The translations under genes were made by a program, and so were the position numbers. From Macrostomum lignano (lineage: Eukaryota), in contig NIVC01001522.1 in NCBI GenBank assembly GCA_002269645.1, positions 124,001-188,000 on the forward strand: 64,000 nucleotides of DNA, in the 5' to 3' direction. Of the stretch, positions 1 to 13,500 are shown piece after piece. How positions within the stretch are numbered: position 1 is the first letter of the stretch; the number at the start of each line of letters is the position of its first letter. A model generated the notes under the pieces. That model searched no databases and was not told the origin of the DNA. It saw only the letters and a list, made by a program, of their open reading frames with translations.

Positions 1-733
1 GGACATCATGGGCGACATTTTCTCGCTGGGATTTGGCCCGTTCAGATGGGTCTGCGCCTCTGGCTTGGCCGCCGATCTCAAGCTGACCGACAGGCTGGCT
101 AGCGAGGTCCTGGACTCGCTCGCCAGTGAGCCCAGCCTGCCCGAGTGCATTGCGCAACAGTATCTGGACAATCGGCGCTGGATTATAGAGGCCGATTCGC
201 ATCAGCTGGTGGTCGGGTCTCAAGCCCGGATATTGTACTCCGATCTGTCTGGCAGGCTGGCTTTGGCCAATGCTTTCAACTGTGCCGTTAGCGACGGCCG
301 GCTGTCCGGTCCTGTGGTGCTCAGTCGGGATCATCACGACGTGTCCGGTACGGACAGTCCGTTCCGAGAGACTAGCAATGTGTATGACGGCTCGGCTGTG
401 TGCGCCGATATGGCCGTGCACAATGCCCTGGGCGACGCTTGCCGCGGTGCCACCTGGGTTGCGCTGCACAATGGCGGCGGCACCGGCTGGGGTCAGGCGG
501 TCAATGGCGGCTTCGGTTTGGTGCTGGATGGCAGTCAGGAGGCTGGGGAGGCGGCCAAGCGGGTTCTGCACTGGGATGTCAGCAATGGGATCGCCAGGCG
601 CTGCTGGTCCGGGCACCCGCTGGCCAGGCTGGCAGCTGGCAGGGCTCAGGCTGAGTGGCCAGACGGTCAGATGCAGCTGACAGTGCCTAGTGTGGCTAGC
701 GATCAGCTGATCGATGCCCTGTTTATCGATTGA
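1..733 (+). CDS. UROC1: Urocanate hydratase (urocanase), C-terminal part; 5' end lies upstream of the window
   Basis: Translation DIMGDIFSLGFGPFRWVC...LSRDHHDVSGTDSPFRETSNVYDGS...ALHNGGGTGWGQAVNGGFGLVLDGS...WDVSNGIARRCW matches conserved urocanase motifs (eukaryotic type). Stop TGA at 731-733. Confidence 0.95.
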   Translation, partial: DIMGDIFSLGFGPFRWVCASGLAADLKLTDRLASEVLDSLASEPSLPECIAQQYLDNRRWIIEADSHQLVVGSQARILYSDLSGRLALANAFNCAVSDGRLSGPVVLSRDHHDVSGTDSPFRETSNVYDGSAVCADMAVHNALGDACRGATWVALHNGGGTGWGQAVNGGFGLVLDGSQEAGEAAKRVLHWDVSNGIARRCWSGHPLARLAAGRAQAEWPDGQMQLTVPSVASDQLIDALFID

Positions 734-1785
734 TCGATTGATGGAAAAAATCGATCTTGAATTTCACTATTGATTGACACTGACACTACGCTGTAGTGCA
801 TGGGTTTCCGTTGGTAGCTTCCTTAATAACTGTCTAATTCCAAGTTTTCTTCTCAAATTCCAATTGTGTCTATTCCTAGTGTATAAAGTTATTATCGATA
901 CATATCGTGGATTGAGTTAATACTCTTTTATTCTACTGCAAGGGCCAGAAAACTTTTTTTTCAACTCAAGGGGCCCATATTGAGCATCTAGGCTCATGAC
1001 TGCGGGACAAATGAGAGGAGATGAGATAAGAGATTAGAGAAAAAGAAGAGATGAGATTAGAGATTAGAGAAAATTCGAATGAGATGAGAGATAACAGAGC
1101 TGAGAAGAGACACAAATATTAAGCGAGTCGGATTGCTATTGTGAAGTTTCAAAGGACCCAAGGGTCGAATAGAAAGGCTTCTACAGAGTTTTACAGTCAA
1201 TTCTCTTTAAAGAAAACATTTCCTAGTGTAAAAAGTGATTTGCGATACATATCGTAATAGAGTTACTTCTCCATTCTGAAAAAGATTCAGTAGATCACTT
1301 TTCAATTCGGAATTTCATTAATTGGTTAAAATTGATTTCCTAATTCAATACGTGGATGAAGGTATTTCGGTAACAAGTTAACTCTAAAAAACGATTTAGT
1401 AAACTTTTTTTAATTTATCTTAAGTTTTTAAACTACTTAAAGTAGTGAAACTTTAAAGAATAAATAAAGCTGATTAACTCGTGTACCCTACTAATGCGAA
1501 CTTTACTATGTGCAACTGATAAGTTTGGCGTTTTATTGTGCCGAAAGAAATATTTCGTACGCATTGAATGGAACCGTTCTCATATATGCTGCCTGATCAC
1601 CATGACTACAAGCAACAACTTGTGTGCATGTAATTGAACAGCCGTTTAATTTGATTAAGAGTTGCAATGATACGGCTCCTATGCTCACCAAAAATATTTT
1701 TCTTCATGAGCAACAGTCTATCTATTTGGTCTATCCATCATTCATTCATAGACAACAATCTACCTTTCATGCGTAACCATCTGCC

Positions 1786-3890
1786 ATCATGAAAAAAATC
1801 TACCCATCATGAACAGAAATCTACCCATCATGAACAGAAACCTACCCATCATGAACAGAAGTCTACCCATCATGAACAGAAACCTACCCATCATGAACAG
1901 AAACCTACCCATCATAAACAGAAATCTACCCATCATGAACAGAAACCTACCTATCATGAACAGAAATCTACCCATCATGACCAGAAACCTACCCATCATA
2001 AACAGAAATCTACCCATCATGAACAGAAACCTGCCCATCATGAACAGAAATCTACCCATCATGAACAGAAATCTACCCATCATGAACAGAAACCTACCCA
2101 TCATGAACAGAAATCTACCCATCATGAACAGAAACCTACCCATCATGAACAGAAACCTACCCATCATGAACAGAAACCTACCCATCATGAACAGAAACCT
2201 ACCCATCATGAACAGAAATCTACCCATCATGACCAGAAACCTACCCATCATGAACAGAAATCTACCCATCATGAACAGAAACCTACCCATCATGAACAGA
2301 AATCTACCCATCATGAACAGAAACCTACCCATCATGAACAGAAACCTACCCATCATGAACAGAAACCTACCCATCATGAACAGAAACCTACCCATCATGA
2401 ACAGAAACCTACCCATCATGAACAGAAACCTACCCATCATGAACAGAAACCTACCCATCATGAACAGAAATCTACCCATCATGAACAGAAATCTACCCAT
2501 CATGAACAGAAATCTACCCATCATGAACAGAAACCTACCCATCATGAACAGAAATCTACCCATCATGAACAGAAATCTACCCATCATGAACAGAAATCTA
2601 CCCATCATGAACAGAAATCTACCCATCATGAACAGAAACCTACCCATCATGAACAGAAATCTACCCATCATGAACAGAAATCTACCCATCATGAACAGAA
2701 ATCTACCCATCATGAACAGAAACCTACCCATCATGAACAGAAATCTACCCATCATGAACAGAAACCTACCCATCATGAACAGAAATCTACCCATCATGAA
2801 CAGAAATCTACCCATCATGAACAGAAATCTACCCATCATGAACAGAAACCTACCCATCATGAACAGAAACCTACCCACCATGAACAGAAACCTACCCATC
2901 ATGAACAGAAACCTACCCATCATGAACAGAAATCTACTCATCATGAACAGAAATCTACCCATCATGAACAGAAACCTACCCATCATGAACAGAAATCTAC
3001 CCATCATGACCAGAAATCTACCCATCATGAACAGAAACCTACCCATCATAAACAGAAATCTACCCATCATGAACAGAAATCTACCCATCATGAACAGAAA
3101 TCTACCCATCATGAACAGAAACCTACCCATCATGAACAGAAACCTACCCATCATGAACAGAAACCTACCCATCATGAACAGAAACCTACCCATCATGAAC
3201 AGAAACCTACCCATCATGAACAGAAACCTACCCATCATGAACAGAAATCTACCCATCATGAACAGAAACCTACCCATCATGAACAGAAACCTACCCATCA
3301 TGAACAGAAACCTACCCATCATGAACAGAAACCTACCCATCATGAACAGAAACCTACCCATCATGAACAGAAACCTACCCATCATGAACAGAAATCTACC
3401 CATCATGAACAGAAATCTACCCATCATGAACAGAAATCTACCCATCATGAACAGAAATCTACCCATCATGAACAGAAACCTACCCATCATGAACAGAAAT
3501 CTACCCATCATGAACAGAAATCTACCCATCATGAACAGAAATCTACCCATCATGAACAGAAACCTACCCATCATGAACAGAAATCTACCCATCATGAACA
3601 GAAACCTACCCATCATGAACAGAAATCTACCCATCATGAACAGAAATCTACCCATCATGAACAGAAATCTACCCATCATGAACAGAAACCTACCCATCAT
3701 GAACAGAAATCTACCCATCATGAACAGAAACCTACCCATCATGAACAGAAACCTACCCATCATGAACAGAAATCTACTCATCATGAACAGAAACCTACCC
3801 ATCATGAACAGAAACCTACCCATCATGAACAGAAATCTACCCATCAGGAAATAAAACCTACCCATCATGAACAGAAACCTACCCATCATG
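1786..3890. repeat. 21-bp minisatellite, ~100 copies (CATCATGAACAGAAAYCTACC)
   Basis: Directly visible. The 7-codon period explains the MNRNLPI and MMGRFLF ORFs in the track. Confidence 0.97.
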
Positions 3891-3980
3891 AGCAACAATG
3901 TACCCACCTTGAGCAGCAATTCAACCATCAAAGACAACAAACAACCGCCTATCCCCAAAACGGAAACCCAAATCCTACAG

Positions 3981-4270
3981 AGAACGAGACGGAGCAGAAC
4001 GGCAGCTACCTCGATGCTTCCCTGGCCGACCTTCAGCGGGAGATCTCACAGAAGCAGCGCCTCATCACGGAGATCGAGACTAAACAGCGTCAGCTGCGAG
4101 CTGTCCGAGATCACTACGAGAAGCAGCTGCTAAACTTGCAGGCCAGAATTAAAGAGACCGAAGCTGAGCGAGATCGGGTGTTGCAAAACTTGGAGCTGCT
4201 TGAATCCAGCGGCGAAGAGAAAGTGCGCCGGGTGCAGCAGGAGTATCAGAATAAGCTGCAGAGTCTGCAG
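3981..4270 (+). CDS. KIF21: KIF21-like exon (coiled coil); 5' boundary uncertain
   Basis: NETEQNGSYLDASLADLQREISQKQRLITEIETKQRQLRAVRDHYEKQLLNLQARIKETEAERDRVLQNL...; donor GT at 4271; candidate acceptor CTACAG ending at 3980. Confidence 0.8.
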
Positions 4271-7200
4271 GTGCGATGCCATTGTTTTGAAGGCCTATTT
4301 TGCCTATTTTCAGTTCGATACTTGATATGTCACTTTTACTGTATAATTAGATTTTGTTAGAGTTAGTATTTAGCTGGATTTAGTTTGAGTTATATATGTT
4401 TGGTTAGAATTAGTAGGATTTATTAGTTAGATTTAGTTATCTTTAGTTAGAATTGGTTGGATTTCGTTGGATTTAGTTAGATTTAGATTGGTTTAGGTTG
4501 ATTTAGTTATATTAAGTTAGGATTAGTAGGATTTAGTTTGATTTAGTTTAGTTTAGTTATATGTAGTTAGAGTTAGTTGAATTTAGTTGGATTTTGTTAG
4601 ATTAAGTCAGAATTAGTTAGATTTAGCTAAATTTAGTTAGATTTCCTTAGACTTAAACTCAGTAAGGATTAAGTTGGATTTACTTTGATTTAGTTCGCCT
4701 TAGTTAGATAATTATTTTAGGTAATCTAATTAGTGTACCTTAAGAGTGAATGAATCAAAGCAAAAAGTGAATTGCCAATTTCACCCACTGCCCCGCCAGG
4801 AGGAGGTGGGCAAGCTGAAGAAGGCCTCAGCCCAGCACAACCGGCTCCTGGCCAATCAGGCCAAGAAGGAGGCCGAGCTGCATCGGATGCACTCCGAGCT
4901 AGACGATCTCAAACGAACCAAAGTGACTCTAATGCAGAAACTTCGCGACGAATCTAAACGGACTCAAGCTGCCGAGCAGAGGCACGTGCGCGAGATGCAT
5001 CAACTGCGCAAGGAGAAGCGCCAGGCTGAAGGTCAGGTGCGCAGCCTGCAGGAGAGGGCCAAGCAGACGGAACAGGTGCTGCGCAGGAAACAGGAGGAGG
5101 TGAGACTGCCGTTTTCACTCGCTCATTGTCACTCTCACTCATTGGCACTCTCATTGTCACTCTCACTCATTGTCACTCTCATTGTCACTGTCACTCTCAT
5201 TGTCACTGTCACTCTCACTCATTGTCACTCTCATTGTCACTGTCACTCTCATTGTCACTCTCACTCATTGTCACTCTCATTATCACTCTCACTCATTGTC
5301 CCTCTCACTCATTGTCACTCTCACTCATTGTCACTCTCACTCATTGGCACTCTCATTGTCACTCTCACTCATTGTCACTCTCATTGTCACTGTCACTCTC
5401 ACTCATTGTCACTCTGATTGTCACTGTCACTCTCATTGTCACTCTCACTCATTGTCACTCTCATTATCACTCTCACTCATTGTCACTCTCACTCATTGGC
5501 ACTCTCATTGTCACTCTCACTCATTTTCACTCTCATTGTCACTGTCACTCTCACTCATTGTCACTCTCATTGTCACTGTCACTCTCATTGTCACTCTCAC
5601 TCATTGTCACTCTCACTCATTGTCACTCTAACTCATTGTCACTCTCATCATTGTCACTCTCACTCATTGTCACTCTCACTTATTGTAAATCTCATCGATT
5701 GTCGCTCTTATCATTGTCACTCTTATCAATGTCACTCTTATCAATGTCACTCTTATCAATGTCACTCTTATCAATTTCACTCTTATCATTGTCACTCTTA
5801 TCAATGTCACTCTTATAAATGTCACTCTCCCCGATTGTCACTCTTATCATTGTCGCTCCTTTCAATGTCACTCTCATCCATTGTTACCCTATTAATGTCA
5901 CCCTCGTCATTAAAACTTATTTTATAACTTATTGTAATCATTACTATTTCTGTTACCATTTCATCATTGTCAATAATTGTCACTCCTATCATTGTCACTC
6001 TCTTAGGTTCAGTCACTCCGACGTCGTCCAACTCGCCTAGTGTCAGCCGGCACCCCGAGCACCTCGAATTCGTCAGCCACAGCGGCGGCAGCTTCAGCGA
6101 CAAACTCGGCGACTGCCTCAGGTCCAGCTGGCCTCGCTGCGACCCGTCGTCGCGCCGCCGCAGCCGCCGCTTCGCCCGCCGGTCAGCAGCAGCAGCTGTC
6201 GGCCAGGGCGATGAAAGGCCGCTGGGACAGCATCGAGCGAGCTCTGTCCACCACTGTAGGCCGACGCCAGACTGTCGGCCATCTGGCTGCGGACATGGAG
6301 AACTGGGTGCACGAGAGGGAGAAACTGGCCCGGCGCCTTGACCAGCTCAATGCTAAGCGGGCCAGGTTCGAACGGGCTGGTCAGACTGCTGGGCCTGACT
6401 GGGATCAGCTGCTGGAGCAGATGAGGAATGCCCGTGCTCAGGCCGAGCTGGCTCAGGACAATATCGCTGAGTGCCAGCGATCGATTATCGAACTGGAGGA
6501 GCAGCGACTGCCGGAATCGTCTGCGCTGTTTGGCCGGTTGACCAGCTTGCAGGAGGCCAGGTGTGTTTATAGTACAAGCACATATCAAGCATTAAGCATA
6601 TATCCTTAGTAAAACAGCTTTCTACTTTCAGTTCAATAGCAAAGAAGAATACATAAGCAATTTTATAAAAAAGGCATCTGAAATTGCTTTGATAAGTTTA
6701 GAGCCTAAAGCTTGCAGGCGTAAACAACTTGCTAATTGGTTCAGCTATAATGTACATCAGCCACTGAATATAATAGAAATGTACAAGGGCAGATTTAGGC
6801 TGGAACAACCGAGAAAGGTAATAAAAATTGGGCGGCGGGGACGGGGTGGAACAACCGAGGAAGGTAATAAAAATTGGGCGGCGGGGACGGGGTGGAACAA
6901 CCGAGGAAGGTAATAAAAATTGGGCGGCGGGGACGGGGTGGAACAACCGAGGAAGGTAATAAAAATTGGGCGGCGGGGACGGGGTGGAACAACCGCTGAA
7001 GGTAATAAAAATTGGGCGGCGGGGACGGGGTGGAACAACCGAGGAAGGTAATAAAAATTGGGCGGCGGGGACGGGGTGGAACAACCGAGGAAGGTAATAA
7101 AAATTGGGCGGTAGAGCCGGGGGTGGAGGTTCTGTGGGGGGTTGAAGTTTGGAGGGAGGGGTAAGAGCCAATAGATGAGCCTGGACTTTAAAAATGCATT

Positions 7201-10200
7201 AAAATGCTTCAATTTAACTTACTACTGAACTGAAAGTAGCTTACACGCAAATATGCTGAGTGGCCCATCTATTTATTCTAGTATCTGTAGACTGGACCAA
7301 AAAACATCGCTCAAATTCAGCAGCACATTGACGCCAAGCGATTACTGCTTGTCAGCCAAATATTACAGATCCCCAAACCTAAAACAATGTCCCTTAAGAT
7401 ACCTGCTGGAGCGGCTCTACCAGCTGGCCCTGGACCGCGGCCTGTCAGCTCTGCAACGCGAGACGGAACTGCGCGACGCTCGGGCCAACGCCGAGGCCAA
7501 AGCCAAAGAGACCGAGCAGGCTCTGGAGATGCTTCAGATTGCACTCAAGCAGGCTCCCGTGCCCGGCCTTGATGCTGACGACCTGTTCTTTGGCGTTGTC
7601 GGCGGCGGCGACGGCGAGGATGGCGACGTCGATGGCGAGGCCGCCGGAGGAGGAGGAGGAGCGGTGGCGGCGGCGGATGATGACAACGAGGATGCTGACT
7701 CGCTGGAGAACGGCGAGGCTGGTGGTGGCGGGAGTAGCTCAAAGCCAGCCGTTGCACCTCGACAGCAGCAGCAGCAGCAGCAGCAGCAGATGTTCAACCT
7801 GGGTGGCGCTGCTACTATCGATTCGAGGCCGAGACAGGTGCGTCTTTATTGTGTTAATGACCGATCTGTGAATGACTATAAATTATGTAAATGACCGATC
7901 TGTGAATGACTAAATTATGTTAATGACCGATCTGTGAATGGCTCTAAATTGTGTTAATGACCGATCTATGAATGACTCGAAATTGTGTTAATTGACAATG
8001 ACCGATCTATGAATGACTCTAAATTATGTTAATGACCGATCTATGAATGATTCAAGATTATGTTAATGACCGATCTATGAATGATTCAAGATTATGTTAA
8101 TGACCGATCTGTGAATGACTAAATTATGTTAATGACCGATCTATGAATGACTCGAAATTGTGTTAATTGACAATGACCGATCTGTGAATAGCTCTAAATT
8201 GTATTAATGACCGATCTGTGAATGACTCGAAATTATGTTAATGACCGATCTGTGAATGACTCTAAATTATGTTAATGATCGATCTTTGAATGACTCTAAA
8301 TTATGTTAATGGCCGATCTGTGAATGACTCTAAATTATGTTAATGACCGATCTGTGAATGACTCTAAATTATGTTAATGACCGATCTGTTAATGACTCTA
8401 AATTATGTTAATGGCCGATCTGTGAATGACTCTAAATTATGTTAATGACCGATCTGTGAATGACTCAAGATTATGTTAATGACCGATCTATGAATGACTC
8501 AAGATTATGTTAATGGCCGATCTGTGAATGACTCTAAATTATGTTAATGATCGATCTTTGAATGACTCTAAATTATGTTAATGACCGATCTGTGAATGAC
8601 TCAAGATTATGTTAATGACTGATCTGTTAATGGCTCAAGATTATGTTAATTACCGATCTGTGAATGACGAATGAATTATGATAGAAAAATGACTATAATA
8701 AATTAATTATAATTGATTTTCCCAGATAAGGAAATTCCATCTGGAGATGCTTAATTCGGTAAATTCAACTTTCCTATCATTTTTTATTCACAGACTGTTT
8801 ACACCGTACTTGTTTAATAAGTCGTTGTGTCCTGCATTAACAAACTTGGTTATGGGCTGTGAAGAATTCCCAAATTTTAAGCTAGACTTTGCCTACCTCC
8901 ATTTGTTACCTTGCCGTAGTAGATTTAGCCACACAGGTATTATAGAATAAGAAAATACCATTATGCCACTCGCAAAATTTTTTAGTAGCAAAATTAGCGT
9001 TTTATGTCTGCAATATTAAAGTTAAAAAAGAATTTAAAAAATATATTTAAAGATTTGCAGCTGCAGCAGAGTTTTAGAATGCCTTAGACTCGGAATTATT
9101 TGAAAAGAAATTAGTTGAAGACCCAAGATTGCAATGGAAACTCAAAATATTAGAGCTACCAAATTTAGTGCGTGTGCACAACGAGAAAGGGAGAAAAGAG
9201 GTGGCGCCCCAGCCCCCAGCCAGGCCGATAAACAGTTAGGCTTTCCTCTTGCCCGCTTGTGTCTGACTTTGACCTCTCTCCTCACTGCCCTCTCATTGGC
9301 TGAGCCAGATTGGGCCTGCCCCCTAGGCTAAGTTTCGCCCGTCTGACTCTTATCTCTCTCTCCTTACTTCTCTCTCATTGGCTGAGCCAAATTGGCCTGC
9401 CCCCCCCCCTTTAGGCTGAGTTTCGCCCGTCTGACTCTTATCTCTCTCTCCTTACTTCTCTCTCATTGGCTGAGATAGATTTGGCCTGCCCCCCTGAGTT
9501 TCGTCCGTCTTGCGTTCACTTGTGTACATTGAAATAAATGTCCGTTATTGATGCCCGAGGAATTGAAAGGAAATTTTAGCTGCCATATTAAATTAGTGAC
9601 ACTGCACAGACAAAATCCTGAAGAAAGATTAGACGCTCTATTTTCTTCACAGCTTTACGGTAATTGCGAGTGACATTTCTAGCGATATCAGCATCCGTGG
9701 ATTTAGTGATAACTTATTTTGAAGCTATTAAATCAATACGAGCTACTTCTGTCCTGGTGATAGTCTCGTAGGCATGCTTTATGGCACAAAACAGCTTTTT
9801 CTGTTGAATCACACAAACCTTATTTATTATAACATTACAGTACCGCACCCGTTTTGTTATCTATCGATCGATTGACCGTCATCGATATATTATTTGTATT
9901 TTAGTGGTTTCAGTACAAGATTAGCATGGTAATAAAATGCATAACTTAATTACGTGTATAAGCTCAAGGCATTGTATAGTTTCTCAATTCAATTTAGTCA
10001 AATAACGGGAATTAGTTCGCTAAATTTGATTTGCTTTTTGAAACAAATACTTTTCTTAACGACTTACATATTGAGTACATCCATAAACAGGTGTTGCCAT
10101 TGTACTTTTACTTATAATTTTTTGTCTCCTTTTTAAAATGCACTTTTCTTTCCACGGTAGCAGAGTTTTGGTAGCATAGATCTGCCTGATTTATTGTTTA

Positions 10201-10215
10201 CTACATTTATATCCC

Positions 10216-10274
<59 letters not shown>

Positions 10275-10282
10275 GTCGGTCG

Positions 10283-10330
<48 letters not shown>

Positions 10331-10390
10331 GCCTGTCTGTGTCGGTCGGTCTGTCTGTCTGTCTGTCTGTCTGCCTGTCTGTGTCGGTTG

Positions 10391-10442
<52 letters not shown>

Positions 10443-10479
10443 GCCTTTCTGTGTCGGTCTGTCTGTCTGTCTGTCTTAG

Positions 10480-10548
<69 letters not shown>

Positions 10549-13500
10549 TAGTGTCTGTCTGTCTGTCGCTCCCAGCAGTCCAGAGCCAGTAATCCAATCC
10601 CCACGCCACTGCCATCCACCTACAGAAGCGCAAGACCGCCACCGCCGAAGAGCTGCTCGGCCTGAAGTCGGCCGTCGACATGAGCCGCTCAATGGACGAA
10701 GGCGCCCTAGCAGGCGGCGCCCTGCGCAACAATAGCAGCGAGAGCGCCCTGCTGCCAGCTGCCGGAGCTCGAGTCCCTGGAAATGCCTCATCCTCGGCCG
10801 CCCGGCCGAAATCCTTTCGGCTGCCGGTGGCTGCCGCAGCCGCAGCGGCGCCGCCTTCGGCTTCGCAGCCGACGACACCATCGTCGGGCGGTGGTCGGCC
10901 TTTGAAGTTTCCCGCAGCAGCCGCGGCGGCGCCAGCCACAGCAGCGGCGCCACCGACGTCCGGCCCGGCAGCTCAGCGAGTGCAGCAACAGTTGCTGCTT
11001 CAGCAGCAGCAGCAGCAATTATTGATGTCGCGTCCAGCCTCCAAAGACGGCATGACAACGTCGTTCTACATACCTAGACAGCACGCCGACATACCGGAAG
11101 TTGACAATGCTTCAGCCGACGCCGAGTCCATTGCTGTGCTGCAGCAGTCTTCTGCTTCCGCGGCTAGTGCCGCCGCCGCCGCCGCTAGCGGTGTCGATCA
11201 GAACTTCCGTCGGAGCGGCAGTCTGCGAAGTCGGGACGCGGCCGGCCAGCCAGCCTCCATGGGGAATGTGTTCAACAGGCTGACTAGTGGCAGCGTCAGG
11301 AGCTCGCCAAATATTGAGAGGTTGGCAATTTTTATGGGGGCTGATTGCCGCATTGTCTTAATCGGTGATTTTTCTATTAGTGCATTTATTTATTGCCTTT
11401 TTTATAAATTGGAGCTTAAGCTGAGCTTGATCACTGTGTGTTTTTGTCGCACCTGAAATCTCATGTTGTCCATGTTAGTTTCAGTACGATGAAATAGATG
11501 ATTGGGGCGTTAGGAATCGGGTAGAGAGCGGAAAAGGAAGGAGAGAGCGGAGAGGGGAAGGAGAGAGCGGAGAGGGGAAGGAGAGAGCGGAGAGGGGAAG
11601 AAGAGAGCGGAGAGGGGAACTTACTTACTTACTTACTACTGACTGGGGGCGCAGGCGCCGCGAATAGGCCGCGAGGCCCCTATCGCAACCCCAAGGTAAA
11701 AAGCACAAGGATTAGCCTCGGGGGTGCGCCCAGTCCCCGCCAGTAGTCGGCAGGTTCGCAGTGGAGGCATCGGCGACCCTCATCCGGCATCCGGGAAGGA
11801 GAGAGCGGAGAGGGGAAGGAGAGAGCGGAGAAGGGAAGGAGAGAGCGGAGAGGGGAAGGAGAGAGCGGAGAAGGGAAGGAGAGAGCGGAGAGGGGAAGGA
11901 GAGAGCGGAAAGGAGGAGGAGAGAGCGGAAAGGGGAAGGAGAGAGCGGAGAAGGGAAGGAGAGAGCGGAGAAGGGAAGGAGAGAGTGGAGAAGGGAAGGA
12001 GAGAGCGGAAAGTGGAGGCAGCGGTAGGGGGAGAGCGAAGACAGCAGTAGGAGAGAGGGAGACAGCGGTAGGGGAAGAGGGAGACTGCGGTAGGGGAAGA
12101 GGGAGACTGCGGTAGGGGGAGAGGGAGGGAGCGGAGTAGCGGTTGTAGATGTATCTGCATTCGATATTGGTCAGCCTCGTGCGGTCATTAAACCTTAGTC
12201 CTAATCTACTTAATGCAAAATTTTAATCCGCATATATCTTTGGTTTATTACTTTCAGTAGTAAAGGGTGAGTATGCCTAACTTCATTAGTTTTGGTTCTC
12301 GGTTTGTCTCTGACTGCGTTGCAATCAAATTTGGCTCACACTGGCCATTGGCTAATTAACAAACAATTGCTTATGTTTTTGCTGCTTAGTGACAACTGGT
12401 TGCTCTATTTGCTATGAAACTTTCACAGCGTAACCTGCAATCATTAGTTAAGTGACATCATGAATTTGTCATTTATAAATTGTTGTGAATCTGACATTTA
12501 TTTATTTAAAAATAGTTCAATATGGTTCAATATTTAGTTAGGTTACTTTTAATTCTAGATAAAGTTTTTTATTTGATTTAAGTTTGCGATCAATTGGAAA
12601 TTATAGCAATTTACAAGTGCGAGTTTGCTTATTATGGCATGGGAATTCCCGGCCTACTTCTACCCTGTTGCTAAAAATAGCATCCATTTCTTTGAACGTA
12701 AGCTGGGATCCTGTAAATGTACGTAGTGTACATACTGTGCCTATAATAACTCACTGGAAATTCCCTTGCTTATACACTGTTGCTAAAAATAGCATCTATT
12801 TCTTTAAACGTAAGCTGGGATCCTGTAAATGTACGTAGTGTACATACTGTGTCTATAATAACTCACTGGGAATTCCCTTGCTTATACACTGTTGCTAAAA
12901 TTAGCATCTATTTCTTTAAACGTAAGCTGGGATCCTGTAAATGTACGTAGTGTACATACTGTGCCTATAATAACTCACTGGGAATTCCCTTGCTTCTACC
13001 CAGTTGCTAAAAATAGCATTCATTTCCTTGTACATATTAATAGCATCGTGTGCATTCTAATGTCTAAAATAGCTCTGGGGTTTCTTAGTTCAGCGACCAC
13101 ATCCCGTAAATCTTTTGTTTAAATGACTCTCATGTCACAGCTAATTATTTTTTGTTTGTTTCTAGTGGTTTCTTGGAATCTAACTTAGAAAATTCAATTC
13201 ATTTTTTATATAAGTTTTGAATCAGCGTGTGACGTTGATTAAGGGCTTTCAAATTGATAGATAGCATGCTGCTAAAATGTTTGGTTATGTTAGCGAACCG
13301 AACTTATAGTATTGATTATTCGATTTCTGAGATTGCGCAAGGGCTGCTGCCATTTGGATTTGTTTCGCATATGTTGCTGATTTTCTGCTTTTTTCTACGT
13401 ATTAACCCTGCAATAAGAACTAAGGTGACAGGTTGCGATTAAGCTTGACTCATTATGACCTTATGTGACTCATTATGACCCAATGTGGCTCAATATGACC

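Noticed and set aside
1787-3958. 723-aa (minus) and 681-aa (plus) ORFs made of MMGRFLF / MNRNLPI
   Set aside because: A 21-bp unit without stops in those frames creates them automatically. They have no unique coding flanks and no link to a gene.
4330-4720. Possible interstitial telomeric repeat
   Set aside because: Units are irregular TTAGT/TTAGA/TTGGA, not a consistent TTAGGG or TTAGG array.
5126-5927. His/Cys-rich (HCHSH) and Ser/Leu-rich ORFs
   Set aside because: They lie inside a phase-consistent GT-AG intron and derive from the CATTGTCACTCT repeat.
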